Positions 32,477-43,262 of a stretch of DNA of 64,000 bases are shown in pieces. The position numbers and the translations under genes were made by a program. The notes below the pieces were generated by a model. The model did no database searches, was not told the origin of the DNA, and worked only from the letters and a program-made list of their open reading frames with translations. The stretch covers positions 43,526 to 107,525 of the IMG/VR virus record IMGVR_UViG_3300013901_000007; one strand, given 5' to 3'. How positions within the stretch are numbered: position 1 is the stretch's first letter; the number at the start of each line of letters is the position of its first letter. The stretch comes from a virus. Lineage: Duplodnaviria; Caudoviricetes.

Positions 32477-32531
32477 ACAAACCCCCTTTTCAGAAAATAC
32501 TATTCCAAAATATACTCTGAAAAGAGTATTT

Positions 32532-32560
32532 AATAAGGCAGGAAAACTACCTGCCTTATT
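32532..32560 (-). terminator. Hairpin after the glycosyltransferase gene
   Basis: AATAAGGCAGG/CCTGCCTTATT. Confidence 0.55.
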
Positions 32561-33701
32561 CTTCTTCGCTCAATTCATTAAGCTCCTTTTTTAATCTTTC
32601 AAGATTATCTTTGAGCCTTAAATCACCTTTATCTTCATTATGTGCCAATTTAGCATACATTAATGCCGTATGTTTTGCCCCTATATAATAATATGCAATA
32701 CATAATAAATCTGCTGGTTCGCTTGTCCAGCACTTATCCCATTCTAACCATGAATATAATCTTCTTGATTTCATTAAAGCCTCATTGATAGTATTTATTG
32801 CGTCTGCATATTTTTTTTGACTAATATATATTTTAGCTAATTCAAGATAATTATCTCGAAACTCTGGACTTTGTGCAATTCCTTGTTTAAAATCTACAAT
32901 AGCCTTTTCAGGCATTCCCAAATCAACATGACATTTTCCTTTAAACATATAAAGGTCGGTCTTACACAAATACATATCATCAGAACGAATATTTGGCATA
33001 ACGGTTTTATCTATAAATTCTAAACATTTTTCTTTCTTGCCCGAATAATAATATTCATGAGCAAGATAAACTAACCCATAATAATCTTCTGAATTTTCTT
33101 TAGCTCTTAATTCTAGTAAAGGCAAATAAGAAGATCTGCTATCTTTATGTAATGGATAATGATGTAACCAAATTTGGTTGTTTACAGGATATCCCTCTGA
33201 TTTACTTCCGTCTATATCATTACAATGATATAGTGTTTCATGTACGGGAAATTTCCATGACCAATCACCAGAATTATCATGGCATTTATCATACCAAAAT
33301 ACTCTTGCTGGTGTTCCATCTGCATTATGGGACCAAGCATATTTATAAAATAATCTATGCTTAGAACTATTGTTCCAAGCTAAACGAAATGCATTACCCC
33401 AACCTTCAGTTAAATGTTCATCTAAATCTGTACAAATACAAAAATCAGCGTCTTTAGGAATTAATTTCATACTCTCATTACGAGCGATATCAAATCTCCA
33501 TGGAGTGATAATTGCTTGGTTTAATATAATTTTAGAAGGCATTAATTTTTGCCATTCCAATAATTTTTCATAAGTTTTATCAGTGCTTCCTGTATCAAGA
33601 ACACAAATATAATCTGCTTCACTCATAGATTTAATCCAAGCGTCTACATTTAATTCTTCATTTTTACAAATAGTATAAACAGCTATTTTATATTCTTTCA
33701 T
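32556..33701 (-). CDS. GT2 glycosyltransferase with TPR repeats
   Basis: ICKNEE, DTGSTD, FDIARN, DLDE, PVHE and a C-terminal TPR region. Confidence 0.9.
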   Translation of the reverse strand: MKEYKIAVYTICKNEELNVDAWIKSMSEADYICVLDTGSTDKTYEKLLEWQKLMPSKIILNQAIITPWRFDIARNESMKLIPKDADFCICTDLDEHLTEGWGNAFRLAWNNSSKHRLFYKYAWSHNADGTPARVFWYDKCHDNSGDWSWKFPVHETLYHCNDIDGSKSEGYPVNNQIWLHHYPLHKDSRSSYLPLLELRAKENSEDYYGLVYLAHEYYYSGKKEKCLEFIDKTVMPNIRSDDMYLCKTDLYMFKGKCHVDLGMPEKAIVDFKQGIAQSPEFRDNYLELAKIYISQKKYADAINTINEALMKSRRLYSWLEWDKCWTSEPADLLCIAYYYIGAKHTALMYAKLAHNEDKGDLRLKDNLERLKKELNELSEEE

Positions 33702-33730
33702 ATTTTTACCTTTTAAATCCTTTTTCTTTC

Positions 33731-34756
33731 TTATGACCTCAAATCATAAATAGTAAATGCTGATTGTCCTGTTGGACCAATATCACCAGTTTTCCCCGTA
33801 GGTCCAATAGCCCCAGGGCTACCAGTTGGTCCTTGTGGACCTTCTATACCCTGCGGTCCTTGTGGCCCCACATCTCCTTTAGGACCAGTGGCACCAGTAG
33901 CTCCTTTAACTCCCTTTTCTACCCAACTAGTCCAACTCGAAGATGCCCAAGTTCTAATAAATAATTTATTAGTATTACTATTAGCAGAATATAATTCTTG
34001 AGCATAATAACCAGAAGCTGTTCTTAATACCCACATTCCAAAAGCGTCTACTCCAGATGGTTTATTGGTGACTTTGTTTCCACCACCCGCATAATACCAA
34101 CCGCATAAACTTTCAGTTTTATAATCATTTAAATTTTGTGTAGTTAATTGAGTACCATTTGCAGCACCTTTACCTGCTGCACCAATAAGTCCTTTTTCTC
34201 CTTGAGGGCCTGTAGGGCCAAGAGAACCTTGAGCACCAGTATTACCCCTGGGAATAGTAAAATTAAATATAGCGGCATGTGTAGTGCCGCTATTTGTAAT
34301 AACAACATTAGAGCCTACTTCACCTGTTGAAACAGCACCAACTTGAATAGTAGCAGCTGTTCCTATAGGACCTGTAGGACCTAATTTACCTTGTGTTCCT
34401 TGAGGACCTGTTTCACCCTGAAGACCTCGTTCGCCTTGAGCACCAGTGTCTCCTTTAGGACCAGTACTTCCTGTATCACCTTTTGGTCCTGTAGGACCTA
34501 ATAAACCCCTAGGACCTAATGGCCCAGTTGGACCCTCAACACCTTGAGAACCAGCACTTCCTTGATTACCACGGGGACCCATTGGTCCTTGTGGCCCCGT
34601 TGGACCTATAATATTCGTATAATAGCAAACAAAATAAACTTCATTTACACTAAAACCAGGACCATATTGAACCCCATTTACTGTAATTGTATCTTTGCCT
34701 GCGGCTAATATTTCGTATTGGTCTTGTGTAAGAAAGACCGTTGGTTTTGTAGCCAT
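33731..34756 (-). CDS. Collagen-like fibre protein with internal knob domain
   Basis: G-P-T/G-P-Q repeats flanking YYAGGGNKVTNKPSG. Confidence 0.88.
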   Translation of the reverse strand: MATKPTVFLTQDQYEILAAGKDTITVNGVQYGPGFSVNEVYFVCYYTNIIGPTGPQGPMGPRGNQGSAGSQGVEGPTGPLGPRGLLGPTGPKGDTGSTGPKGDTGAQGERGLQGETGPQGTQGKLGPTGPIGTAATIQVGAVSTGEVGSNVVITNSGTTHAAIFNFTIPRGNTGAQGSLGPTGPQGEKGLIGAAGKGAANGTQLTTQNLNDYKTESLCGWYYAGGGNKVTNKPSGVDAFGMWVLRTASGYYAQELYSANSNTNKLFIRTWASSSWTSWVEKGVKGATGATGPKGDVGPQGPQGIEGPQGPTGSPGAIGPTGKTGDIGPTGQSAFTIYDLRS

Positions 34757-34774
34757 TAAAAGTCCTCCTTGTTA

Positions 34775-35722
34775 TTAATTAACAGCTTCCCAATAAAGGT
34801 CAGCTACATTTTTTGCTAATTCTTGGACATATTGTAATCTTTGTTTTGTAGCATCATATTCTAAACGAATAGCCACCGTAGTTCCAGAATCTGGGTCTAC
34901 TTCATTACCTGCAGGTTCAACCGCATTAATAGCTTGAGAAGGGCCTGTAGGACCTTTAGCACCAGTAGCACCTATAGATCCTGTTGGACCCATAGGGCCT
35001 GTAGGACCTTGTATACCTTGTGGACCTTGACCACCTTTTAATGATGCATAATCTACCCATTTTAAATTTTCATCTAATTTATAAACCTTTCCAGTTGAAT
35101 TGTTTAAATAAAAATCACCCACAACTGCACCAGCAACAGAAGCTGTACCAGAAGCAGTAACTTCAGTTCCCGAGAACCAAGTGCTTCCTGTAGGACCAAT
35201 TAAGCCTTGAATGCCCTGAGGGCCTGTAGGACCGACTGGGCCATCTTTTCCTATAGGACCATCAACTCCTGTAGGACCTGTTTTACCAGTTGGACCCGTT
35301 GGACCAACCTTACCTTGTGGCCCCTCTGGACCTGTTGGACCAACGTCTCCTTGAGGACCTTGTGGTCCTTCTGGACCTGTTGGACCGATTAAACCTTCAA
35401 CACCTGTTGGACCTATAGGGCCCATATCTCCCTTTGGACCAGTAGGACCAACAAAACCAGTTGGACCTCTTTGACCCACTGGTCCCGTAGGACCTCTTCT
35501 TCCTGTATCACCCCTATCACCCTTAGGACCTGTTTCTCCAACTGGACCTTGAGGGCCTGTAGGGCCAATAATACTTGTATAATAACAAATATAATAGTAA
35601 TCTCCTAAAAATCCTGGACCATATGTAGTACCATTAATAACAACAGTACCGCCAGAACGTAAAATTTCATAATCTTTCTGAGTAAGATAAATTGTTTTTG
35701 TGCTTTCATTAACTTCTGCCAT
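34775..35722 (-). CDS. Collagen-like fibre protein
   Basis: GPT repeats; GSTWFSG...GDFYLN knob. Confidence 0.88.
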   Translation of the reverse strand: MAEVNESTKTIYLTQKDYEILRSGGTVVINGTTYGPGFLGDYYYICYYTSIIGPTGPQGPVGETGPKGDRGDTGRRGPTGPVGQRGPTGFVGPTGPKGDMGPIGPTGVEGLIGPTGPEGPQGPQGDVGPTGPEGPQGKVGPTGPTGKTGPTGVDGPIGKDGPVGPTGPQGIQGLIGPTGSTWFSGTEVTASGTASVAGAVVGDFYLNNSTGKVYKLDENLKWVDYASLKGGQGPQGIQGPTGPMGPTGSIGATGAKGPTGPSQAINAVEPAGNEVDPDSGTTVAIRLEYDATKQRLQYVQELAKNVADLYWEAVN

Positions 35723-35739
35723 AATTTATCCTCCTCTTA

Positions 35740-36699
35740 TTATACTTGTTCCCAATATAAATTTAAAATTTTATTAAATTCTTGAGTATGATAAATCACT
35801 GTTTTAGTAGATGCATCATAATCTAATTTATAAATAACCCTTCCTAGTGTTGAATTGGTTGGGCCATGAAAATATTCTTCCACACGAGAAACATTTTGAA
35901 CTGGACCTGGGTCTCCTCCTGGACCAGTTGGACCCATAGGACCTTGATCGCCTTGAGGGCCCGCAGGGCCTGTAACACCACGAGCGCCTTGAGCACCTTT
36001 TAATTGTGCAATTTTACCCCATACATCTTGTCCATCTTTTTGAGACCAACGATAAACTTCTCCTGTAGAGTTATTCAAATAGAAATCTCCTAATTTTGCT
36101 CCTATAGCAACTGTACTAATAACATGAGCCCCATCGGTGTCTATCGCAGTACCAGAGAACCACACACTGCCTGTAGGACCTCTAACACCTGTTTCACCTT
36201 GTTTCCCTGCAGGACCAGTAGGACCAACTTTACCAGTTGGACCAATAGCACCTTGAGGGCCTGTAGGACCAACGGATCCTTGTGGACCTGTATTTCCTGT
36301 CTCACCAGTAGGACCGACTGAACCTGTGTTTCCAGTAAGACCTTTGGATCCAGTAGGACCAACTGGGCCTATACCACCAGTTTTGCCTTGAGGGCCTTGA
36401 GGGCCAACACTACCTTGCTCTCCTTTAGGGCCTTGAGCACCGAGATCTCCTCTTGGGCCTAAAGCACCTTGTGGTCCTGTAGGACCTGTATTTCCTAAAT
36501 CTCCTTTAGGACCTTTATAACCAGTATTGCCTTGAATACCAGTTGGGCCTATAATATTTGTATAATAACAGACATAATAAACTTGTTCATTATTAAAACC
36601 TGTATAAGTAACTCCATCAACAACAATACTACCACCAGCACGGAGGGTTTCATATTCTTCTTGTGTAATAAATAAAGTTTTGTTATCTTTAATTGCCAT
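35740..36699 (-). CDS. Collagen-like fibre protein
   Basis: GPT repeats; start MAIKD after GGGGG RBS. Confidence 0.85.
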   Translation of the reverse strand: MAIKDNKTLFITQEEYETLRAGGSIVVDGVTYTGFNNEQVYYVCYYTNIIGPTGIQGNTGYKGPKGDLGNTGPTGPQGALGPRGDLGAQGPKGEQGSVGPQGPQGKTGGIGPVGPTGSKGLTGNTGSVGPTGETGNTGPQGSVGPTGPQGAIGPTGKVGPTGPAGKQGETGVRGPTGSVWFSGTAIDTDGAHVISTVAIGAKLGDFYLNNSTGEVYRWSQKDGQDVWGKIAQLKGAQGARGVTGPAGPQGDQGPMGPTGPGGDPGPVQNVSRVEEYFHGPTNSTLGRVIYKLDYDASTKTVIYHTQEFNKILNLYWEQV

Positions 36700-36725
36700 A
36701 ATATACCCCCGTTTCATTATTACGT

Positions 36726-37661
36726 TTATTTAACTTCTTCATAAGAAATATCTAAATTTCCAACTTTTAAAATATCTCTAATATCCGTACGAACAAAGTC
36801 TAATTGCTTTCTATCTGTTTGATATCCTAGACTTGTTACGACGTTAAGGTCGCTATCTGGATTACCTGCAGGTTCTACTCCATTAATATTAGCAACATCA
36901 CCTGGTTTTCCTTGAGGGCCCTCAACACCTTGAGGACCAGTATCTCCCTTATCTCCCTTTGGGCCTTGAGGGCCAATCGCTCCTTGTAAACCTTTCAAGT
37001 TTACAATTTTGTTCCATACCGTATTTGTACTTCCTTGTGAAAAACGATATACATCACAAGTATTAATATTTAAATAATAATCGCCTTTAACGGCTCCAGT
37101 AACACTTTGTACTTGAGTTGATATTCCATCTGTATCTACTACATCACCTGAAAACCAAGTGCTGCCAGTAGGGCCAACAGGACCAACTTCTCCTGTTGCA
37201 CCAATAGGTCCTTGTGGCCCTTGAGGACCAGTGGGTCCAATTGGACCCAAATCCCCCTTATCACCTTTTTCTCCCTGAGGACCCTGTGGTCCCATAGGAC
37301 CTTCGGGGCCTTCTATACCGCCAGAACCACCGCCAACGCCATTTTTTTCAATATATGCTAATTTATTTTTAAAGTCAAGATTTTCACCAACTTTAGATAA
37401 AATAAAAGAGTTGGAAAATTGATTCCCAACTTTAAAAACATAAACATAATCACCAGTTTTAAGAGAAAAACCAAATTTATTTGGAATATTATGTATGATA
37501 ACAGAATCATCTGGTACTACATATACATTATAACTTTCATTGTCTCCTGGTGATGCAATTTGACAAAGAGCAACTTGATCTTTCGTTTCTAATTGTTGTT
37601 TAATAACATCATTAATCAAACCAAGCATTGACTTGGCAGAATTTGTGTTTGTTTTAATCAT
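36726..37661 (-). CDS. Collagen-like protein with a putative OB-fold-like N-terminus
   Basis: LKTGDYVYV pattern followed by GPQ/GPT repeats. Confidence 0.8.
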   Translation of the reverse strand: MIKTNTNSAKSMLGLINDVIKQQLETKDQVALCQIASPGDNESYNVYVVPDDSVIIHNIPNKFGFSLKTGDYVYVFKVGNQFSNSFILSKVGENLDFKNKLAYIEKNGVGGGSGGIEGPEGPMGPQGPQGEKGDKGDLGPIGPTGPQGPQGPIGATGEVGPVGPTGSTWFSGDVVDTDGISTQVQSVTGAVKGDYYLNINTCDVYRFSQGSTNTVWNKIVNLKGLQGAIGPQGPKGDKGDTGPQGVEGPQGKPGDVANINGVEPAGNPDSDLNVVTSLGYQTDRKQLDFVRTDIRDILKVGNLDISYEEVK

Positions 37662-37719
37662 ATATCCCCCTTGTCAATTACTTGATATCGCCACGCGACA
37701 TAGAAATAAAAAGGTTCTT

Positions 37720-37995
37720 TTATTTTTCAAGTGTTTCGTTGATTTTTGCTTCTTCTTCGGCAGAAACTAAAAATTTACGAATAGGTTCTTGTTCAACCTT
37801 TTCTTCTTTCTCAATTTCTTGAATTTCTTCAACTTCAACTATTTTTTTTGTTTTTTTAGGAGCAGGTATTTTAACTTCTGCTTTTCCTTTTTCTTTTTCT
37901 TTTTCTTTGTTTTCTAATTCTTCTTTCTTTTTTGCTTCAGCTTCGCGTTTTGCACGAACCTCTATATTATGTCTCAACAAATCTTGCAACCTCAT
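37720..37995 (-). CDS. Small Lys/Glu-rich protein
   Basis: ORF in operon. Confidence 0.6.
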   Translation of the reverse strand: MRLQDLLRHNIEVRAKREAEAKKKEELENKEKEKEKGKAEVKIPAPKKTKKIVEVEEIQEIEKEEKVEQEPIRKFLVSAEEEAKINETLEK

Positions 37996-38011
37996 AAATA
38001 TCTTCCACAGA

Positions 38012-38401
38012 TTATTTTTTCTTATTTTTAGCCTTAATCATACTATTAACCCATTCAATTGTGGCATCAATATAATCTGCTAAATTCTTTAATAATTGTT
38101 CATTAATAATAATACCAGCTTCTTCACAACCAGCTTTAACAGCGGCAATAACAATTTCTTTCTTTTCAGCGCCAGTTTTACCAGTTTCTTCAGCTTTTTT
38201 CATAGCTACGTCTGCAATTTCTTTTATTTTGTCCCAATCTTTATTTTTAATAAGTTCTTTTCCTTTTTTTACAAGATTGATTGTCATAGGAATTAAAGCA
38301 ACAATTGCACCAACAAAACCTATAATAAAACTAATAAGACTTACCCAGCCTTCAAGTGTGTTAGGCCAAAACGACCCAGCTAATACATTAACATCTAACA
38401 T
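38012..38401 (-). CDS. Holin, LL-H-like
   Basis: Start MLDVN after AGGAGGT; one TM segment then AEE...GAEKK. Confidence 0.7.
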   Translation of the reverse strand: MLDVNVLAGSFWPNTLEGWVSLISFIIGFVGAIVALIPMTINLVKKGKELIKNKDWDKIKEIADVAMKKAEETGKTGAEKKEIVIAAVKAGCEEAGIIINEQLLKNLADYIDATIEWVNSMIKAKNKKK

Positions 38402-38453
38402 AATAATACCTCCTAAATAGAAGCCCTCGGGCCCATAGACTACCGAGGGACGT

Positions 38454-40136
38454 TCATCTAATTGAATAATTAAATGTAATTTCATATTTTTTAGAACCAG
38501 CACCCCAGACCACTCCAGAAGCTAATTCTTTCAATTCTTTATATCTCGAAGGATTACGAGGAACTCCTTTTCCTTCAATAATCCAAGTTTTATTAGGACC
38601 CGTCATGCCAATATATGTCATCCCCAAAGCCTCATATGAAGCTCCATTAAATTTATTAAAATCACAATAACTAAACACTTTTTCAGGTTGATAATCCTTT
38701 ACAAAATGTTTAAATAATTTTGAAACACCCCCAACAACAATATTGTTGGAACCTGGACACCCTCTAATAATTTCCCATTCATTATCAGATTTTAAATTGC
38801 GGTTATATTTAGTTTTACTAAAAGACATTAATTGAACCAATTCATCTTTATAATAAAGGCCGTAAGTCACTTGAGCATTACGATGACCTTGTAAATGAAT
38901 TTTATCATTCAAAACTTTTGCTTCTTTGTTAGTAATTTTTTTAATGGTGCATTGACGAGCATAAATTTTGCGTTCAACATTACCCGTAGCAATACGCAAC
39001 AAGGCAATAATTTTTTCTTTTTTTATTGGGTCATTCCATTCATATTCATAAATGTGAATAATACGAATACCTTTAGACTCTGCTAACAAACTTTTGTTCA
39101 AGTGATAATTTTTAGGTAAACGAGCTTCGCTATGCCAAAAATCTCCGTTGAATTCTATTCCTAATTTTAATTCAGGACAATAAACATCAATTTCTTTTCC
39201 ATCTAATGTAGTGCGATTATGCAATTCCACCGTTATATTCCAATTTTTTAATAAATTAAAAATTTCTAACTCACCTTGTGATGAATTAGGATTAAATAAA
39301 TCTTCTAAATTAAATGAATGCACAATTTTTCCTATAATGGTCGGACCAATTTGTAATTTAGTTGCTACTTGAGCAAAACTAGGTTTATCATCAAAATTAT
39401 TTTTTATATATTCTATAAATTTATCTTTATTTGAAATAATTTCATATACTTTTAATCCATAGTGAGCTTGAGCCGCCACAGGAACACCATATTTTTTTAA
39501 ATTATTCTCTTTTACTTTTAGTTTAATTTTCTCACTACTCATAACACTTTCTACCCCATAACGAAGTAAATTTGTTTGTTTCATTTTTTCCATAATAATA
39601 GGTAATTGAGTGACATAACCAACACCGTATTTTAACATATTAGTATGAGTTCTATCTTGACAAACTTGTTCTTTAGATTTACTCATATTATATTGTTTAA
39701 TTTGTTTATTAATAGTCGGGGCGCTTAATTTAAAATGCTTAGCACATTCACTCATACTATGTTGCTCTACTACATAATATTGATATAATTCATCATAGGG
39801 AATTAATGGCGCTGTAATTTGATCAAAAATTTTTTTACGCACTGCAGGATCTGACATACTGGAGTTTCCTCCATATTTTTCTAAACATGTTTGTTTGCGT
39901 TTTTCTTTTATAGAATCAACATGTGATAAAACAGAAGTGCCATATTTATCTACACAGGTTTTATCTCTACAAGCACGTTGTAGTTCAATAGATTTGGTAA
40001 TATCTGATTCCTTTAACCAGCGGACCAATACTTCTTTACAAACATTATAGTGTTGACACAAAGCCATTTGAGATAAATTTTGCTTAATATATAAATCATA
40101 TAATTCATCTTTTGAAGGCGATATTTTTTTCTTCAT
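38454..40136 (-). CDS. Free-standing Hef/Vsr-like homing endonuclease
   Basis: KYG repeats, EIDVY...GIEFNGDFWHS, C-terminal ARQC...HLQG...GGVSKLFKHF domain. Confidence 0.82.
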   Translation of the reverse strand: MKKKISPSKDELYDLYIKQNLSQMALCQHYNVCKEVLVRWLKESDITKSIELQRACRDKTCVDKYGTSVLSHVDSIKEKRKQTCLEKYGGNSSMSDPAVRKKIFDQITAPLIPYDELYQYYVVEQHSMSECAKHFKLSAPTINKQIKQYNMSKSKEQVCQDRTHTNMLKYGVGYVTQLPIIMEKMKQTNLLRYGVESVMSSEKIKLKVKENNLKKYGVPVAAQAHYGLKVYEIISNKDKFIEYIKNNFDDKPSFAQVATKLQIGPTIIGKIVHSFNLEDLFNPNSSQGELEIFNLLKNWNITVELHNRTTLDGKEIDVYCPELKLGIEFNGDFWHSEARLPKNYHLNKSLLAESKGIRIIHIYEYEWNDPIKKEKIIALLRIATGNVERKIYARQCTIKKITNKEAKVLNDKIHLQGHRNAQVTYGLYYKDELVQLMSFSKTKYNRNLKSDNEWEIIRGCPGSNNIVVGGVSKLFKHFVKDYQPEKVFSYCDFNKFNGASYEALGMTYIGMTGPNKTWIIEGKGVPRNPSRYKELKELASGVVWGAGSKKYEITFNYSIR

Positions 40137-40156
40137 CTTATTTCCTCCTTTAGTGA

Positions 40157-40185
40157 ATTATATAATATTTTATTATTTTATGCAA
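40157..40185 (-). promoter_or_regulatory. sigmaA promoter of the free-standing endonuclease
   Basis: TTGCAT-17 nt-TATAAT followed by AAGGAGG. Confidence 0.7.
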
Positions 40186-40232
40186 ATATCAATCATTTAA
40201 AAATAGAGATAAAATGATTCAGACTTGCATAA

Positions 40233-40259
40233 ATACAGGAGGGAAACACCCTCCTGTAT
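40233..40259 (-). terminator. Terminator hairpin after the tail operon
   Basis: ATACAGGAGGG/CCCTCCTGTAT. Confidence 0.65.
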
Positions 40260-40266
40260 AATATGT

Positions 40267-40425
40267 TTATTGTTTTGGTTTAAAATTTGGACAATTTTCC
40301 AAATCTGTAACTTGATATTCTTTTACTGCTGTACACCAACGTTGGAAAGGACACACTTCCATTGTTAATTTACAATAAAAACGTTGTTTTTTTCCTCCCA
40401 TATGATGTAAACAAGAATAATCCAT
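40267..40425 (-). CDS. 52-aa Cys-rich protein; absent from the ORF track
   Basis: MDYSCLHH...FYCKLTMEVCPFQRWC...NCPNF directly after the major tail gene. Confidence 0.6.
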   Translation of the reverse strand: MDYSCLHHMGGKKQRFYCKLTMEVCPFQRWCTAVKEYQVTDLENCPNFKPKQ

Positions 40426-40435
40426 ATTAAATTAA

Positions 40436-41446
40436 TTATTCAGCTACTGTAATTGTATCAGTAATTGCTGTATTTAATTTATAAGTAACGGTAACTTCAC
40501 CAGCAGCATCAAATTTGCCATCGACTAATACAGGAACAAAAGTTAAATCTGCTTCATTATTTAATAAAGAAAGACGGCCGTCATTTAATAAACCATAAAC
40601 TTTAGGTGCTAAGCCTTTCTTAAGTGTATCTTCATCAACAATAAGTTCTTTAATTCCTAAAGAACCATCATCTAAAGAGAGAACAATGTTATATAAGCTT
40701 GCTTCCATTAAATCACAAGTTTCAGATGCATAAGCAACACCAGCAAGGCTCATAGTTTGGTTGCTGGACATATTAAATGCCATTTCACTTCCACCATTTA
40801 ATCTAAATCTTGGAATTTCATATGTAATAGTTCCTGCACGTTTTCCATTAGATGCACAAGCATCGCCACTAAAAACAGGAGCAGTAATTACTAACATATA
40901 TTCTTTAGGAAGAATGCTTGTAGTAACTCTAGCAATAAGAGCATTTGGATCAGCTACACAATATCTAACACAATATTTTACATCTTTTTTAAAGTTTGCA
41001 CTTGTAAGAATTTTTCCAGCAAATTCATAAACTTTCCAATCATCTTTACCTTCTTCTGTAGCCCAAGCGGCTTTGATTTCTCCGCCACATGCACCAAATT
41101 CAAGTGATAAAGGTTGTTCAGATAATTCAATTGAACCATCTGCACTACATTTGATGGTTTCACTCTTATAACCATGAGCACCACTAGCTTCAAAATTAGC
41201 ACCTAATTGACCTTCAAGATATTCTTTCTTGAAAACAACGTCAGTTAAAGTAATTTCAACATTTGGATCGTGATAAAAACTAAATTGAATAGCACCACCT
41301 GTGCCACCTCTGATATCATCTTTGGTAATTGAAGTATTAATACCAGAGTCAGTTAAGGTTTTACTAACAAAAGCGAGTTCATATTTATCACCAACTTTTT
41401 CAAAGGCTTCAACTGTACCGACTGAACCTAAAAAATATTTAGCCAT
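40436..41446 (-). CDS. Major tail protein
   Basis: KTLTDSGIN...DIRGG...YHD pattern of SPbeta-like tail tube proteins; position. Confidence 0.75.
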   Translation of the reverse strand: MAKYFLGSVGTVEAFEKVGDKYELAFVSKTLTDSGINTSITKDDIRGGTGGAIQFSFYHDPNVEITLTDVVFKKEYLEGQLGANFEASGAHGYKSETIKCSADGSIELSEQPLSLEFGACGGEIKAAWATEEGKDDWKVYEFAGKILTSANFKKDVKYCVRYCVADPNALIARVTTSILPKEYMLVITAPVFSGDACASNGKRAGTITYEIPRFRLNGGSEMAFNMSSNQTMSLAGVAYASETCDLMEASLYNIVLSLDDGSLGIKELIVDEDTLKKGLAPKVYGLLNDGRLSLLNNEADLTFVPVLVDGKFDAAGEVTVTYKLNTAITDTITVAE

Positions 41447-41477
41447 AAGTAAATCTCCTTAATATTTAATTGTTTTT

Positions 41478-42512
41478 TTATTTATGCATCATGCTTTGTT
41501 CTTGAGTAGCTTGATCCAAAGACTTATATGAATCTCCATACATATCCTTTGGAACTTTATATAACCAATGTTCCACTTTGTAATCTTTAGGAAAACTGAC
41601 TAATCCACTCATTTGAGCATTACGCGTAAATTTATAATTCATAATATCGTCTATCATGCTTAAAGCAATGGTAAACTTTCTTATTGTCATATCAAAAATT
41701 TCACCAAATTTAAAATTAGAATTCATTGATAAACCAACAATCTTACGCTCCAGAGTTGCTGTAGCACCTTGATTTGATTTAGCCTCAATTTCTAATCTTT
41801 CTTCATAGTCTTTCTTAAGGTCAGGATCGACCCAAGAATCATCTTGGTAATCAATGAAATTTTGATACATAACTATTAGACGTAACTTGTTAAAATCTTG
41901 CGATGTTATTTGTTGTTCGTCTATAAATAAATCGTAATGATTTTTTTTATTCTTTACGATTTTTATCATTTCCACAAAATCTTTATCTTCTGAATTATGA
42001 CACTGACTGCAAGTTAAATGTGGAGCTTCACTTGCAGTTGTTTTATCTGTCATATTTTTCGAAAATTCTTGTATTTGTCTTATAAAATTTTGAAATTCTT
42101 CACTGTCGTATTCTATTACATGTCCACATTTTTTACATTTAATTCCATTTTTTAAGTGGAAAATAATGCTCAACAAAGAATGTAATTTATATGACCATAA
42201 AGGACCTTCTTCTTTATCAGTTAATTTTGACAATAAAAAATCCAAATTAGTCATACGAATACCTTCAACAGTTTCGTTTTTATTTAAAGTTAAACAGGAA
42301 GATGATAACATAAATTGATCATAATCTCTAACTGTAGCTGGGTAAAGTTTTAATTTACCAAAAGGCACAGGTTTATCTTCTCGAAAATATAAACGTTCAT
42401 ACTGTTGAATTTCTTCGGCAGTTGATTTGTCTACCCCTTTAAAACGGTCTACCTTTGGAGTCGACTCTTTTTTTTCTTGTTCTTTTTCTTGTTGTGTCTT
42501 ATTTTCTTCCAT
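41478..42512 (-). CDS. Tail assembly / structural module protein
   Basis: MTIRKF...SGLV...HW conserved tail; position. Confidence 0.5.
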   Translation of the reverse strand: MEENKTQQEKEQEKKESTPKVDRFKGVDKSTAEEIQQYERLYFREDKPVPFGKLKLYPATVRDYDQFMLSSSCLTLNKNETVEGIRMTNLDFLLSKLTDKEEGPLWSYKLHSLLSIIFHLKNGIKCKKCGHVIEYDSEEFQNFIRQIQEFSKNMTDKTTASEAPHLTCSQCHNSEDKDFVEMIKIVKNKKNHYDLFIDEQQITSQDFNKLRLIVMYQNFIDYQDDSWVDPDLKKDYEERLEIEAKSNQGATATLERKIVGLSMNSNFKFGEIFDMTIRKFTIALSMIDDIMNYKFTRNAQMSGLVSFPKDYKVEHWLYKVPKDMYGDSYKSLDQATQEQSMMHK

Positions 42513-42514
42513 AC

Positions 42515-43246
42515 CTATAATTGAGCGCCAGGTACTTCCATATCGCTTCCACTAGAATCTGCTGCCATATTTGTTGCAAACACAATAGAATGTCCATAAA
42601 AAGACCTTCTATTATATAAAGGCATAGTGGCTTTACATTTTATTGGCATACGCATATTAAATTGAAGATACCCTACTCCGTCAATATAGAGCCCATTAAA
42701 CTCTGCTAAGAGACACTTTAACAAAACCGTCGCGCGATTTTTGAAGGCAACAACAATGTTTCCCTCTTTAGTGGCATCATTAGGATTTGCTAACGATACA
42801 ATCTCTGTTTTTCCATCACTCTTAGATATACTAGTATAATTTTGGTCTGGATCTCCGTCGCCAGAGACAGCCGCCACTTTACTATGAGTAACAGTTTCGA
42901 TGGTTACACATACTGTTGATCTTAAATGGTCAATTGGCAGAACTTGCTCAACATAAATGTAAATTGAGCTACATTGTTCTTGCCACGCGTCATCAACAAA
43001 AGGCGAGAAAAATACGCGTTTGCTAGTTGGTTCCCCATTATCATTACAAACAAGGTTCCATCTTTCAGCAGTCGTTAAATTAGGCTTGCTTAACGCGTCT
43101 AAGCTGGAATATTTTAATAACTTCCAAATGATATTCGCATATTTAGTTTGCGAATTAACAAGATGATCGACTAATTTTGCCTCTATACCATCTAAATCTT
43201 GAAAACGGTTATATGCAGCAACGTCGCGTTCTAAATAAGTTGCCAT
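42515..43246 (-). CDS. Neck / tail-completion protein, putative
   Basis: IWKLLKY...DAL motif; position. Confidence 0.5.
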   Translation of the reverse strand: MATYLERDVAAYNRFQDLDGIEAKLVDHLVNSQTKYANIIWKLLKYSSLDALSKPNLTTAERWNLVCNDNGEPTSKRVFFSPFVDDAWQEQCSSIYIYVEQVLPIDHLRSTVCVTIETVTHSKVAAVSGDGDPDQNYTSISKSDGKTEIVSLANPNDATKEGNIVVAFKNRATVLLKCLLAEFNGLYIDGVGYLQFNMRMPIKCKATMPLYNRRSFYGHSIVFATNMAADSSGSDMEVPGAQL

Positions 43247-43262
43247 ATCCTTTTACCTCCAA

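Noticed and set aside
17237-34096. Diversity-generating retroelement (Mtd-like N-termini plus a repeat pair)
   Set aside because: No reverse transcriptase in the window; the repeat is identical and internal, without adenine-specific variation.
33731-37400. CRISPR array or tandem DNA repeat
   Set aside because: The GGACC/GGTCC periodicity is Gly-Pro-X collagen coding.
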